A DNA stretch of 63,939 bases, filler included, from Vannella sp. (lineage: Eukaryota), in assembly GCA_023345925.1 (NCBI GenBank). It is 4 parts of 4 records of this genome, joined end to end, with 100 filler letters (N's around TTAATTAATTAA, not from the genome) between each part and the next. Parts side by side here need not be neighbours in the genome. Positions count along the whole stretch, not along the records: positions 1 to 18,898 come from JAJQQN010001335.1; positions 18,999 to 49,943 come from JAJQQN010000645.1; 2 more parts are not named here. One strand, written 5' to 3'. The position numbers were made by a program, and so were the translations under genes. Shown piece by piece: positions 11,648 through 22,055 of this stretch; position 1 is the first letter of the stretch, and every line of letters begins with the position of its first letter. The notes below the pieces were generated by a model. It did no database searches and was not told the DNA's origin. It was given only the letters and a program-made list of their open reading frames with translations.

Positions 11648-12649
11648 ATGGCTGCCCCAAACCCCAAGTGCGCCGTGTGCGGAAAGACTGCTTATCCTTT
11701 GGAGACTATCAAGTACCAGGACAATGCTTACCACAAGCTGTGCTTCAAGTGTAGGTTGGAGGACGGGAGAAATGGGGGCTTATCAGTGATTAGGCCAGGA
11801 GGATGGATGCGGCTCTGCTCTCACTCTGAAGGGGTGCAATGGAGTGGGCGCCAAGGTCTTCTGCAACAAGCACAAGCCTGTGGACAAGCCGACTGCCACC
11901 ACAGTCGATGGAAGCATGACCCTTTCGAATGCGAAGAGTGAGCACACTCCCAAGCGAGATTGTAGCCTTATTGATGAGTATTCTAGATGCTCCCAAGGTT
12001 GCTGTCGTCAGCAATGAGAAGCGTGGAGATGACATGGAGAAGCCCGTCGGGTTCACTGTGGAAGGTTCCATGGCAATGACACGCGCCAAGGGTCGGTGAT
12101 TATACTTGAGACATTACGGCAGGTTGGTAACAATCTCCAGATGCTCACAACAACGCCAAGAACCTTGTCAGCAATGAACAACGAGCTGCTCCCGGTTGCG
12201 ACACGAACTGCCAGGTTGCTGACATGGCCACCTCCAATGCCATCAGTACGGAATCACACGATCTGATTTGGGAAGTTCACTCACTCCTCCTCAGGCGCGC
12301 CCAAGGTCTCCACCATCAATGACCAAGTTCGCCCTGGTGCTGGAGAGCGAAATGCTCAGGTGGCTGACATGACCACCACCAATGCCGTTGGTACGTCTCC
12401 AAGGCTTATTGTACCTTTCTAACCCACTTTCAGCTGCTCCCAAGGTTGCTACTGTCAATGACCAAGTCCGAGCTGGTGCAGGAGAACGAAACGCTCAGGT
12501 GGCTGATATGACCACCTCTACTGCCCTCAGTGCGTCCTCCTTTTGTCATTCGCCTTCTCTAACCCCTTTCAGACGCCCCACGAGTGGACACTGTCAATGA
12601 ACAACTCCGCGCTGGTGCAGGAGAGAGGAACGCTCAGAACCACTTTTGA
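11648..12649 (+). CDS. Single-LIM protein (LimE/LASP-type LIM) with tandem 32-35 aa repeats; 7 exons
   Basis: CAVCGKTAYPLE..YHKLCFKC..C..LTLK..VFCNKHKP. Introns at 11751-11793, 11938-11986, 12092-12140, 12246-12294, 12391-12433 and 12530-12572, all GT-AG. Confidence 0.9.
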
Positions 12650-12715
12650 GTAAGCTCATTAGCCAAGCCAACAGCGTACCGCCAATAAAGAAGAAGGCAT
12701 TCCTCTCTCTCCGTC

Positions 12716-13922
12716 ATGAGGTGGGTGGTGGCGATCGTCTTGCTGGGAGTGGTGGCGCTATCTTCTGGGGTGATCCCCATCATCGTCGATACAGACATTG
12801 GCAGTGCAATGGATGATACGTACGATCTCTTAGACCACGCGCCTTTGGCTGACAGCGATGAAGATGGGCGCTCGGCTTCCTTTTGGCGTCTCCCGAGGTG
12901 GAGATCAAGCTGATTGTAACTTCCACTGAGAATACCTTACAAAGGGCTCAGATCGTGGGTGTGTGAAGCCACAAGTGAGAGGGAAAGGCCTCCTAAAGGG
13001 ATGAGCAGCAAAGTTCTTGACCTCCATCGGTCGTCCCGACATCCCGATTGCTGTAGGGGCTAACCAGCTCACTGACATTGGGCCCCAGTATGCTTATGCC
13101 TCTGGGTTCTCCTTACAAAGGTTCGAGCGCTACCAAGCCGCCCCAAACTGACTTATCTTCAATGGGGAAGCTATGCTGGGAATGTCTACATGGATGCAGT
13201 ACCAGCCATCGTCTCAGTCATCCAAAGCCTTCCAGTAGTGACATACCTTGAGTTAGCGCCTGCAAACACGTTTGCGGTGGGCCGTTCGTCCAGAAAACAT
13301 CCGCATTGCTCACAAAGCGGGACAGGAGGTTCTCGCTTTCAACACTTCTCTTGTCCTGGAGAAGGTACGACTAGTTTCAATGAGCGGAAGTGTCTACCAC
13401 GGGTACAACGACTCCGCCAGCCCTGATCCCGAGTACAATGTGGCATACAATGTCTCTGCAGCGCAGGTTCGTAGCCTCTGGGTCGCTTTGATCATCTAAC
13501 CAAGCTCACAGACGATGTACTCGCAAACCTACGAACGCATACCCATGGTAGCGGCACCTTTAGACACTTGCGGCATTCTGTTTCTGTTTGGAGCGGACTA
13601 TCAGAACCTCGTCAACGCGCAGAAGACAAACAAGCTTGTGGCGAACATCCTGCTGAACTACAAGTACTCAACAGGCAAGGACGTTCATTCGTCCTCCACT
13701 GAATTGTGTGATGTTGAGGCTTCTTGGCTCCTGTTCTCTACAGAGTACTTGCAGTGTTCTACTCTACCCCTCGTAGTGAACGAAAGTGGCTACACTGTGG
13801 TAGATACAGCGTCAGGCACTCCCACTATCATGGCACTCGATTGGACCGAGACTGGAATGAAGGAGTTTGAAAGCGAGATTTCTCGCCGTCTGTTGACTTG
13901 GAAGTCTCCACTCTCCCTCTGA
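12716..13922 (+). CDS. Secreted inosine/uridine-preferring nucleoside hydrolase family protein; spliced
   Basis: Signal peptide, then IIVDTDIGSAMDD(TWAL), GRPDIPIAVG, MSGS, PEYNV, PLDTC and LCDV. Confidence 0.85.
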
Positions 13923-14049
13923 ATCACCCTACTTCGACACGCTATACCCACTAACGATGTTGCGATCTCAATATCCCAAAGAGGACTTGCCAGCGGGGAG
14001 TAACAAAATACAGTTTATCGTCTCTCCCTCCCTCCCTCTCCGAGTGCTT

Positions 14050-15066
14050 TCACCTGTGAGCAGTGACTGTTCCAGCTCGTAAGGCAGTCGAGTATTCTTG
14101 AAGGACTTGATAGATATACGCAAACTGCTCTGGTGTCTGGACCATTCCAAGGCGCTGACTTCGAAGCGTTCTTACGATCGAGGGAATGTCCAGGCGCTGC
14201 TCAGGATGATCATCAGAGCTTGGAGAATGGTTGCGGAAGTCCTTGTTGAGTTGGCGCATTGCTTCATCAATGGCAATGAAAGTACCTGCTCGGCCGATTC
14301 CAGCAGAGCAGTGCACCACCAGAGATTCTGTGATGATGTCTGTTCGCTTGGCACAGGCATCAACGAGTTTGATGAGTTGGTAGATGCCACGCTTGGAAGA
14401 AGGGCACGACATGTCATTCCACTCAGTGTGTTGAATATGGTAAAGATTCCTTTGCTCCTTCACCTTTCCATCGCGTCCTTCCACTGTCAAACGAAGACAG
14501 CGTATCCTAAACATCTCAAATGTCTTCTCCAGAGCGCAGGAGACTCCAATACGACCGAAAAGAAGGGACTTTCCCGTCTCTGGCCAGTAGGGATGGGCCT
14601 TGATTCGCCCTTTCTCGGTGCAGCCGGTCAGCATCACGATGACTTTGACTTGATTCTCCCAAACCATCTGCCAGTAATCGTTCATGGTCGCTGGCAAGGG
14701 CGCCTGACACGCAATGTACTCCGCAGGTTCCTGTGAGGGCGCCATTCTGATGTAGCTTGCATTGATATAGTCAGATCTTGCGTATCCTATCGTTTCTAAG
14801 CGAACACGGGTACTATCATAAGGGCAGACGTTGGCGTAGCGGTTCTTAGGAGCATTGTCGTCCTTCTGGCCTTCTGTGAAGGTCTGGCGGCTCTGGAACT
14901 CCTTACTCCACGCGCGGACACCTTCGAACTCCTCGTGGATCACTTCCAATGGCTTGCACAGAGCTGAAGAAGATCGAGGGCTCAGTGTGTTGACACGTTG
15001 ATGGCTCAAGTGTTCGCTCATCACACTATTCGATCGAGAAGCAGACCGGTCCTCCACTGCTAACAT
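14050..15066 (-). CDS. Classical protein tyrosine phosphatase
   Basis: KNRY, DYINASY, YIACQAPL, VHCSAGIGRAG and QRLGMVQTPEQF. Single exon. Confidence 0.95.
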   Translation of the reverse strand: MLAVEDRSASRSNSVMSEHLSHQRVNTLSPRSSSALCKPLEVIHEEFEGVRAWSKEFQSRQTFTEGQKDDNAPKNRYANVCPYDSTRVRLETIGYARSDYINASYIRMAPSQEPAEYIACQAPLPATMNDYWQMVWENQVKVIVMLTGCTEKGRIKAHPYWPETGKSLLFGRIGVSCALEKTFEMFRIRCLRLTVEGRDGKVKEQRNLYHIQHTEWNDMSCPSSKRGIYQLIKLVDACAKRTDIITESLVVHCSAGIGRAGTFIAIDEAMRQLNKDFRNHSPSSDDHPEQRLDIPSIVRTLRSQRLGMVQTPEQFAYIYQVLQEYSTALRAGTVTAHR

Positions 15067-15327
15067 CCTCTTGAACAGTGGGGCTATCCACTATCCTCCA
15101 GGAGCAAATGAAGCTCTTGTCCCCTCCAACAGATCACCAAGGCACTTCGCCTAACTTCTTTCAATTGGCTCCTCGCCGCTTCCTGGAAATGGCCTTTTCG
15201 CCAGAAAATTCCTTTCAGCTTACCTGCTTTGAATAATCAAATCCATCGTGCATGGCAATGGACTTTTCTCTCTTGAAATTATTTTTTGGGTTTGGACTTG
15301 GGAGCCCGACTGTCTTGAGCTGGCTCC

Positions 15328-15950
15328 TTATTGGCGGGAAGAAGCTGAAGAATCTGTGGTTTTCTGCATATCGGGTCTTCTATTCGTCATTTCGGCAGCG
15401 CTTTTCAGCGCAACAAGTTCCTTGTGCGCTGCAAGCTGGTCCTGGTGTCTGCTGGAGCGTCTTCTGCAACTCAGCCATTCTTGCGGCTTCTCCTGCTTTC
15501 TAGTTCTGAAGATCCGCTAGTAGTTGAGCATGAGAAGTCTTCTGGATAACAGTCAAGTCGTTGTCCTCCAGGTATTGGTCCACAAAACTCTCTTTTGGTG
15601 ACAAAGGAAATGGAATTTGGGGTCGTACTCACTTTAGGTCATTGAAACATCCGATGCGTTTCATTGCTGGTCAGTGTTGGATCAACAGAAAGATTTACCC
15701 AATGATTTAATCGGTCTTGAAGCTCAACTCGTTCTTCTTCCTGGCCCGATACGTTTCATTGCAGGTCAGTGTTGGATCAACCTAAAGATTTACCCAAAGG
15801 GTTGGTTTCTGGTTCCTTTCCAAGACATCACTAGAAAGATACCCATGTTGCTGACTGATTCCTTTCCAGATGCATCAGAATCGCTCCGATGATGCTCAGG
15901 ATCACTGCCAAATTTGGTTGTTTCCTTGAACGATCTCAAGATGCTGAAGT
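15328..15950 (-). pseudogene. Decayed coding-like remnant (coiled-coil-like) with an internal duplication
   Basis: The minus strand reads ESFVDQYLEDNDLTVIQKTSHAQLLADLQN*KAGEAARMAELQKTLQQ, then shifts frame to HQDQLAAHKELVALKSAAE. More stops lie upstream. I recognise no family. Confidence 0.35.
15651..15797. repeat. 52-nt direct repeat (15651-15702 and 15746-15797)
   Basis: 48 of 52 positions are identical by manual alignment. Confidence 0.9.
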
Positions 15951-16044
15951 CTTTGCTTTCGGGTCAGGAAGGAGTTGTGCTGATGTAAGGAGTGATAAAT
16001 AGCTGGCTAAGAGAGCTTTCCGCATCATTCAAGTTCTCTCTCTC

Positions 16045-16623
16045 ATGCAAGCGATCAAATGTGTTGTAGTTGGCGACGGAGCCGTGGGCAAGACTTGCCT
16101 TCTCATCTCCTACACCACCAACGCCTTCCCAAGCGACTACGTCCCCACCGTGTTTGACAACTACTCTGCCAATGTGATGGTGGACAACAAGCCCATCAAC
16201 TTGGGCTTGTGGGACACTGCAGGGCAAGAGGATTATGATCGCCTTCGACCTCTCTCTTACCCACAGACGGACGTCTTCTTGGCATGCTTCTCCATCATCT
16301 CTCCGTCTTCCTTTGAGAACGTCAAGACCAAATGGTACCCAGAGATCAACCACCACTGCCCCAACGTTCCCATCCTTGTAGTGGGAACCAAGTTGGACCT
16401 GAGAGAGGACAAGGACACCATCGAACGTCTTGCTGGAAAGAAGTTGGCACCAGTGCAGCACCAGCAAGGTCTCCAGCTTGCGAAGGAGATCAACGCAGCC
16501 AAGTACCTGGAATGCTCCGCCATCACTCAGAACGGTCTCAAAGCTGTTTTCGACGAATCCATTCGCACTGTCCTCCAGCCTGCTCCGGTCAAGAAGAACA
16601 AAGGAGGCTGCTCTCTCATCTGA
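16045..16623 (+). CDS. RAC1: Rac-family Rho GTPase, intronless
   Basis: [59 protein letters not shown], and CAAX CSLI. Confidence 0.97.
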   Translation: MQAIKCVVVGDGAVGKTCLLISYTTNAFPSDYVPTVFDNYSANVMVDNKPINLGLWDTAGQEDYDRLRPLSYPQTDVFLACFSIISPSSFENVKTKWYPEINHHCPNVPILVVGTKLDLREDKDTIERLAGKKLAPVQHQQGLQLAKEINAAKYLECSAITQNGLKAVFDESIRTVLQPAPVKKNKGGCSLI

Positions 16624-16775
16624 GGAACGAACAAATGCCCTCAATAATAATGTATTTATGATGAAGTCGACTTTTCCAAGGCAGTTTCTCTCAAATCAAA
16701 TTGTCCGTCTACCTTGGCTTAGATAAAGTGGAGTTTGTACAGACAACTCGATTAAATTCATTTTTTCGGGCGTCA

Positions 16776-17534
16776 ATGATTCTGGCTTGGTTGTTGCTGT
16801 TTGGTGCTTCCAGTTGTGTTGCGTTCAGTTCTGTTGGAGTTCCTGCTTACTTTGTGCCCTCTTCTAGGTCCTGGAAGCTGTTGGAGCAAACAGCAGACGA
16901 GTTGGAGGGAGCTCTCGTGAGCATTGCCAACCCTAACAGTGGCCCTGGGACGTCTGTTGACCCTGAATACGTGTCTGGCATTCAATCTCTCAAGTCGTAC
17001 AGCAACTCTATTGTCCTTGGCTACGTGGCGACTGGCTACGGCAGCCAACCCATCTCCTCTGTGAAGCAACAAATCAAACTCTGGTTCGAGTGGTACGACG
17101 TTGACGGCATCTTCCTCGATGAAGGAGCTTCCAACTGTGATTTCATTGATTACTACAGCTCGCTGACGGCCTATATCATGGACCTAGGCGCCCAGAAAGG
17201 GCTTTCCGATGCCATTTCTTGTTTCAATCCCGGAACCAACTTTTGCCGTGGGATGATGGACGCTGTGAATGTCACCGTCCCTTTTGAGGATCCTTACAAG
17301 AACTATGCGTCCTACGTTCCTGAACCCTGGATGGAGCGGTATCCAGCCGAACGCTTCTGGCACATGATCCACACTTGCCCTAACTCTCCTCAGATCCCCT
17401 CCCAGGTCGTCCAATTGAGTCAGAAGTACGGTGCAGGCATTGTCTTTGTCACTACTTTGGGGGAACCAAATCCGTACGGATCTCTGCCTCCAAACGCGTT
17501 TTGGACCGCTCAGGTCAAAGCTGCCAACGCTTAG
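16776..17534 (+). CDS. Secreted spherulin-4 family protein (Sph3/GH135-like)
   Basis: Signal peptide, then VPAY, ANPNSGPG, VLGYVATGYG, VDGIFLDE, NPG, FE, FWHMIH and NPYGSLP..FW. Confidence 0.88.
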   Translation: MILAWLLLFGASSCVAFSSVGVPAYFVPSSRSWKLLEQTADELEGALVSIANPNSGPGTSVDPEYVSGIQSLKSYSNSIVLGYVATGYGSQPISSVKQQIKLWFEWYDVDGIFLDEGASNCDFIDYYSSLTAYIMDLGAQKGLSDAISCFNPGTNFCRGMMDAVNVTVPFEDPYKNYASYVPEPWMERYPAERFWHMIHTCPNSPQIPSQVVQLSQKYGAGIVFVTTLGEPNPYGSLPPNAFWTAQVKAANA

Positions 17535-18159
17535 ACAAAGTAAGCTGATAAACGTTTGATTAGAACAAGCCAGGTGCTCCCACAAGTGCTTCAAGGGCGC
17601 TTTGCATCTTCTTGCGAAAGTTAAAACCAAAGTGTTTAACGCGGACACTTTCTCTCCTTTCTAGAGGGTTTTCGCTTCCATTCAGGGCTGTGAGATTCAT
17701 CAGAGAGGCTTGCAAGAAGAACAGTGATCGGGAAGAGCTGATTGCAATCAGATGGGATAATGACTCGAGACGGAGACATCTGCGATGGACTCCCACTTAA
17801 AGTCTTCAATTTGGAGGGTAGTATCGTGAACATCAGCTCAAATGGAATTTCTTGCACATAATGGTGAGTAGGATGTCTGAATCTTCTCCTTGACGACATA
17901 CCTTACGTTTTCTCGGTCTATTGTCTCTCCCGCATAAGGTTTGGAATGCGCATTGAAATCTGGACAGCCAACAATGCCAGGCAAACCTCCTTGGACTTCT
18001 CTCCCTTTCAGGCGCATCTGATTGGCTCACAATCTACAATAAGAACTCGATTTATGGGGAGACTCACCCCATTTATGGGCTAGCTGCTCCCTTTTTTGGC
18101 ACTGGCGATTCTATAAAGCAGAGAGAGGTGATGTTTGGCTTCACTTTTTGTCGTTCCTG

Positions 18160-18898
18160 ATGACACAGCACGGTGCTTCAGTTGTTCTTTTCTTGATACT
18201 TGCTTTGGTGGTTGGTAACTCCATGCCTTGCACATTCACGGACCCGGCTACGAATTGTTTCTACGATCTTGGTTCCTTTGCTGGACTGAAGTTCTCGTTC
18301 TCAGATGCGGGTTTCATCTACCGAGCTGCGATTTGCGACTCGTTCTTGTCCATCGGGAATCCGCCTGAGATCACAAGCGTCTCCCAAGAGTTCTCTGGCA
18401 GCTTGCAGAACTCCCTTGGCCGACTTCCTGCTCTGTTGGCTCCTTGGACCGCCAACACTCTCCCACTCAGCGGTTCGTTCTCCCCTCGATCGCCCGTCTC
18501 TCGTTGACTAACCTCCAACCTCAGAGAACTGCAAGGGACTGATCATTGGATACGGAAACGGAACTGCTGGCGGCTGTCCGTTCTCGAGAAGCTCCAACAT
18601 CACCATTCGGTGCAATCGCTTGGTGGCCACCGCTGTCATTCTGAACGTGACAGAGCCCGAGATCTGCAAGTATGTCATTGAGTGAGTCGCAATCCGTTTC
18701 CTGCTCGAAAGAAAGACTCACTGAAGAAGAATGGAATCTTCCGCTGCATGTGAAACCACCAGGAGTCCTTCTCCGACTCCCAGTGCCTCGCCGTCAGTTA
18801 CTCGCTCTGTTACCCCGACAGCCACGAGTAGTCCGTCGAGATCCCCCTCCGCTTCCTTCGTGCCAAAGGTCTGCACTTTCACCGACCCTGCCACCAAC
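18160..18898 (+). CDS. Secreted or surface protein with mannose-6-phosphate receptor homology (MRH)-like repeats; truncated at the gap
   Basis: Signal peptide, then CTFTDPATNCFYDL ... YGNG..C..RSSNITIRC ... EPEICKYVIEMESSAAC (spliced). A Ser/Thr/Pro linker follows and a second CTFTDPATN begins right at the gap. Confidence 0.7.
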
Positions 18899-18998
18899 NN
18901 NNNNNNNNNNNNNNNNNNNNNNNNNNNNNNNNNNNNNNNNNNTTAATTAATTAANNNNNNNNNNNNNNNNNNNNNNNNNNNNNNNNNNNNNNNNNNNN
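18899..18998. other. Artificial assembly spacer N44-TTAATTAATTAA-N44
   Basis: Identical 100-nt spacer at three places; the 12-mer has stops in all six frames. Confidence 0.98.
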
Positions 18999-19188
18999 AT
19001 CCTCATCCGCCATCACCGAACACAACGTTGCCTTCAACCGCTCCATTCCCAATGGACCCTTCCAACGTCCAAAGCCTCCTTTTCGCTTGAAAGCTTTCAT
19101 ATGAGCATGCCTTACAGCCAAGGCCAGCGCTATTCATCATCCAACGCACTCGCAAGAATCAGTTTTAACCAAAACAGGGCAAATCTCT

Positions 19189-22002
19189 TTACTGGTCGTA
19201 CCATTTGCGCGAATCGGAGGAATCAGCAATGCGCATGAACTTACGCTTGTAATCGTCCACTTTCTGCTCGAAAGTGACTTCTTTCGGCCCCTTCTTCTTT
19301 GAATTGGGAACGATTTTCTTTCCTGTCTGCCGATTGGACTGAGCTGGCGTTGCCTTTTGGGAGAATGCTGGTCGCACGGGCTTTGGTGTTCTTCCTGTAG
19401 TGGCCTCCTTGCTTTGAGGTGCTTTAGGAGACTCCATCTTCTTCATGGCCGGTTTGGACGGTGCTGGCGAGGCCTTCGAGGGAGTGAATGAACTCTTTGT
19501 CTCTGACTTGGCATCCCGAGCAAGTTTACTGGTCTCCTTTGTAACCTTCTTCTGTTGTGTCTTGCTGAAAGGGTTCGGAGCTTTGGGGCCAGTAATATCA
19601 CTTGGACCAGATGCGGATTTGGGAGCTCCTGTCTTAGTATTGAGAGTTGGCTTAGTGCCAGTAGTGAGCTTTGTGCCAGCGGGTGCGCTCTTCGTAGAAG
19701 GGGCTGGCTTTGTTTCAGTTTTGGCTTTCTTAAGCGGAGGCTCCTGTTTGGTACTGCTACCGATGGCTTCTCGTCCCCGCTTATTGTGGGCAGAATAAGC
19801 TGTGATTTGAGTGTCTTGAGCGTTCACTTTGCCGCGGGACTTTGTGGCTTGGTGCTTCTGCAAGGCTTTGACGCTCTCGACTGCAAACTCGACTATTGGG
19901 CGTGCTTGCTTCGTCCAGACCTTTGGGTTGTTGTTCAAAGCTCTCAGAGCTGCCAAAGCATCTTCATGCTCTTTGAACTCGACAAATCCAAACCCACGCG
20001 ACCGTGGCTTTCCTGTGTCAGGGTCCACGCGGTCCATTTCACGGACAATCTTGACTTGTTGGAATGCCGCTCCCGTTGGCGCAAATTTCCGGAAGAGTGC
20101 GCGTAACTCCTTCTCAGTGTACTCTCTGGGAACATTGCGCACGCTCAAACGAGTTTTGGAGACAAAGAAGTTGGGGTTCTGCAGTTTGACCTTCTTTTCT
20201 GTCAGCGCTCGCTGTCGTTTGATCATATCTGACTTGGAAAGCTCCGATGCCATTTCGTCTTGCTCTGTAATGACTCCCTCATAGGCCAAGTAGAGGTTTC
20301 TCTTATCCTCCTTTGTCTTTGGCTTCTTCTCTTGCTCAGCAAGAACCTTCGCCTTCCTTCGGTCGACAGCCACGCTGATAATGAGGTTTCGCCCATCCAA
20401 ATTGATGATGCTCTCGCCTTCCCTTTCTTCCGGTTTCTTCTTTGGATAACCATCGTTCAAGCACTTCTCTACTGCAGAGCTTTCCTTGAACTTAACGAAG
20501 CAGGTTCCCCGTGACCGATTGGTTTGGAAGTCACGGACGATAGTGGCATATTCCACTTCTCCCCAGCGAATGAAAAGTTCCTCCAGTGCAGCCTCAGTGC
20601 TATCGAAAGACAGGTTTCGGATGAAAATGGTCTCTCCTTTGTGAACGTCAAAAGAGCCATCCTCGTCCTCTTCTTCCTCTTCCTCCTCTTCTTCTTCCTC
20701 CTCGTCGTCCTCTTCGTCCTCCTTGTCCTCTTCTTCGTCACCCTCTTCACCACTTTCTTCGCCATCTTCCTTTTGATCCTCCTCTGCACTGGAGCTCTCA
20801 TCTTCGTCACTGCTCTCTTGGTCGCTGTCTCCCTTGCCATCTTCCCCAGAATCCCCAGCGGCACTGGCGCCATGCTGAGACTGAATAATGTGCTTAACGT
20901 AAGTGTCCTTTGGAAGAGCCCAATCCACTGCAATCGGTCGACGATCCACTTCAAACCCATTCAAAGCAGCAATGGCCTTCTCAGCTTCCTGGTGGTTCAG
21001 GAATTGGACAAATCCAAACCCAGAACGCAACTTGGATTCCTTCTTCTGGGGAATGCTCAGTTGCACGACTTGCCCATACTGCCCAAAGAGGTTCTCCAAG
21101 TGCTTCTGAGGACAACGGAACGAAAGGTTCCGGATAATCAAGCGACTGCGCTTGCCGTCTCCGAGAACTTCGGGCTGCACTGCCACCCCATCGATGCTCT
21201 TGCCCTTCAGGAAGTTTCCTAGCGTCCGGGCTTCTTGTTCAGTGCTCAGAGTGACGTACACTGTTGTCTATCGGTTAGGGGAAGAGCCGAGAGGTCAGAT
21301 TCTACTTACTGCGCCCGTTCACAAGCTCGATCTTGGAGAGGTTCACTCCAAGCTTTGATCCCTTGACGAGCTTACGCAATGAGGGGTGTGCCACCTTCTC
21401 CAGACCCTCTCCCGCGAGAACAACGACTCGAGCCGGATCCGATCTGATCAGGGGTTGATCAGGGTCACAGACTACGAAGGAGAGGATTACAAGTTCACTT
21501 ACATCTTCAGCTGAGTGCGATGCTTCTTCCGGGAAGGCAGCGCAGTGATGGGCGCCATGTCCTCGTCACTGTCCTCGTTCTCCTCTTCTTCCGGGTCTTC
21601 TTGAATACGCTGGCTCTTGGGAACATACGAACGAGTATCTCGAGGGATAGCCCTCTCAATGATCACGCTCTTGCCCTCCAAAGAGGTCCCTTGTAAGACC
21701 TTGAGCGCCTTCTTCGCGTCCGCTTCCAACGCAAAGTGGACAAAGCCGTAGCCAGCGCAGATGTTCGCGTTCTCCGGATCAGCCACCACAAAGCACCGCT
21801 TGACAGGCCCAACCTCGCTGAAGAGATCCTCCAAACTCTGCGAGGAGGTCGAAATGGACAAGTTCCTCACGAACAAGTTCTTCCCGCTGGTAGCCACCAC
21901 CTTCTTCTTCAAGGCCTTACTAGAAGGGTTCGAAGCAATGAACAACAAGTCCGAAGCCAGGTCCCGATCCTCCCCACCATCGGAAGCCGCCCGCCCCGAC
22001 AT
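19189..22002 (-). CDS. RBM28: Nucleolar multi-RRM protein RBM28/Nop4; spliced
   Basis: Four RRM-like domains (LFVRNL/GYGFVHF, LIIRNL/GFGFVQF, IFIRNL/GTCFVKF, LSVRNV/GFGFVEF), an acidic tract, DKRNLYLAYEG, KLQNPNFFVSKTRL and RPIVEFA. Confidence 0.93.
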
Positions 22003-22055
22003 GACACGAAAAAGTGGAAAAAAGTGGGTTCTAATGGATGGGGAGGAGACGGCGA

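Noticed and set aside
15651..15797. Repeat-spacer-repeat as a CRISPR array
   Set aside because: Only two imperfect 52-nt copies, in a eukaryotic context, with no cas genes.
17540..18100. Short ORFs between spherulin-4 and the MRH gene (likewise 1-400, 26500-26990, 57800-58000 and 63600-63939)
   Set aside because: No recognisable motif or consistent exon chain; left unannotated, although decayed or partial genes are possible.
18943..18954. TTAATTAATTAA palindrome occurring three times
   Set aside because: It is always centred in identical N runs, so it is a synthetic scaffold linker.
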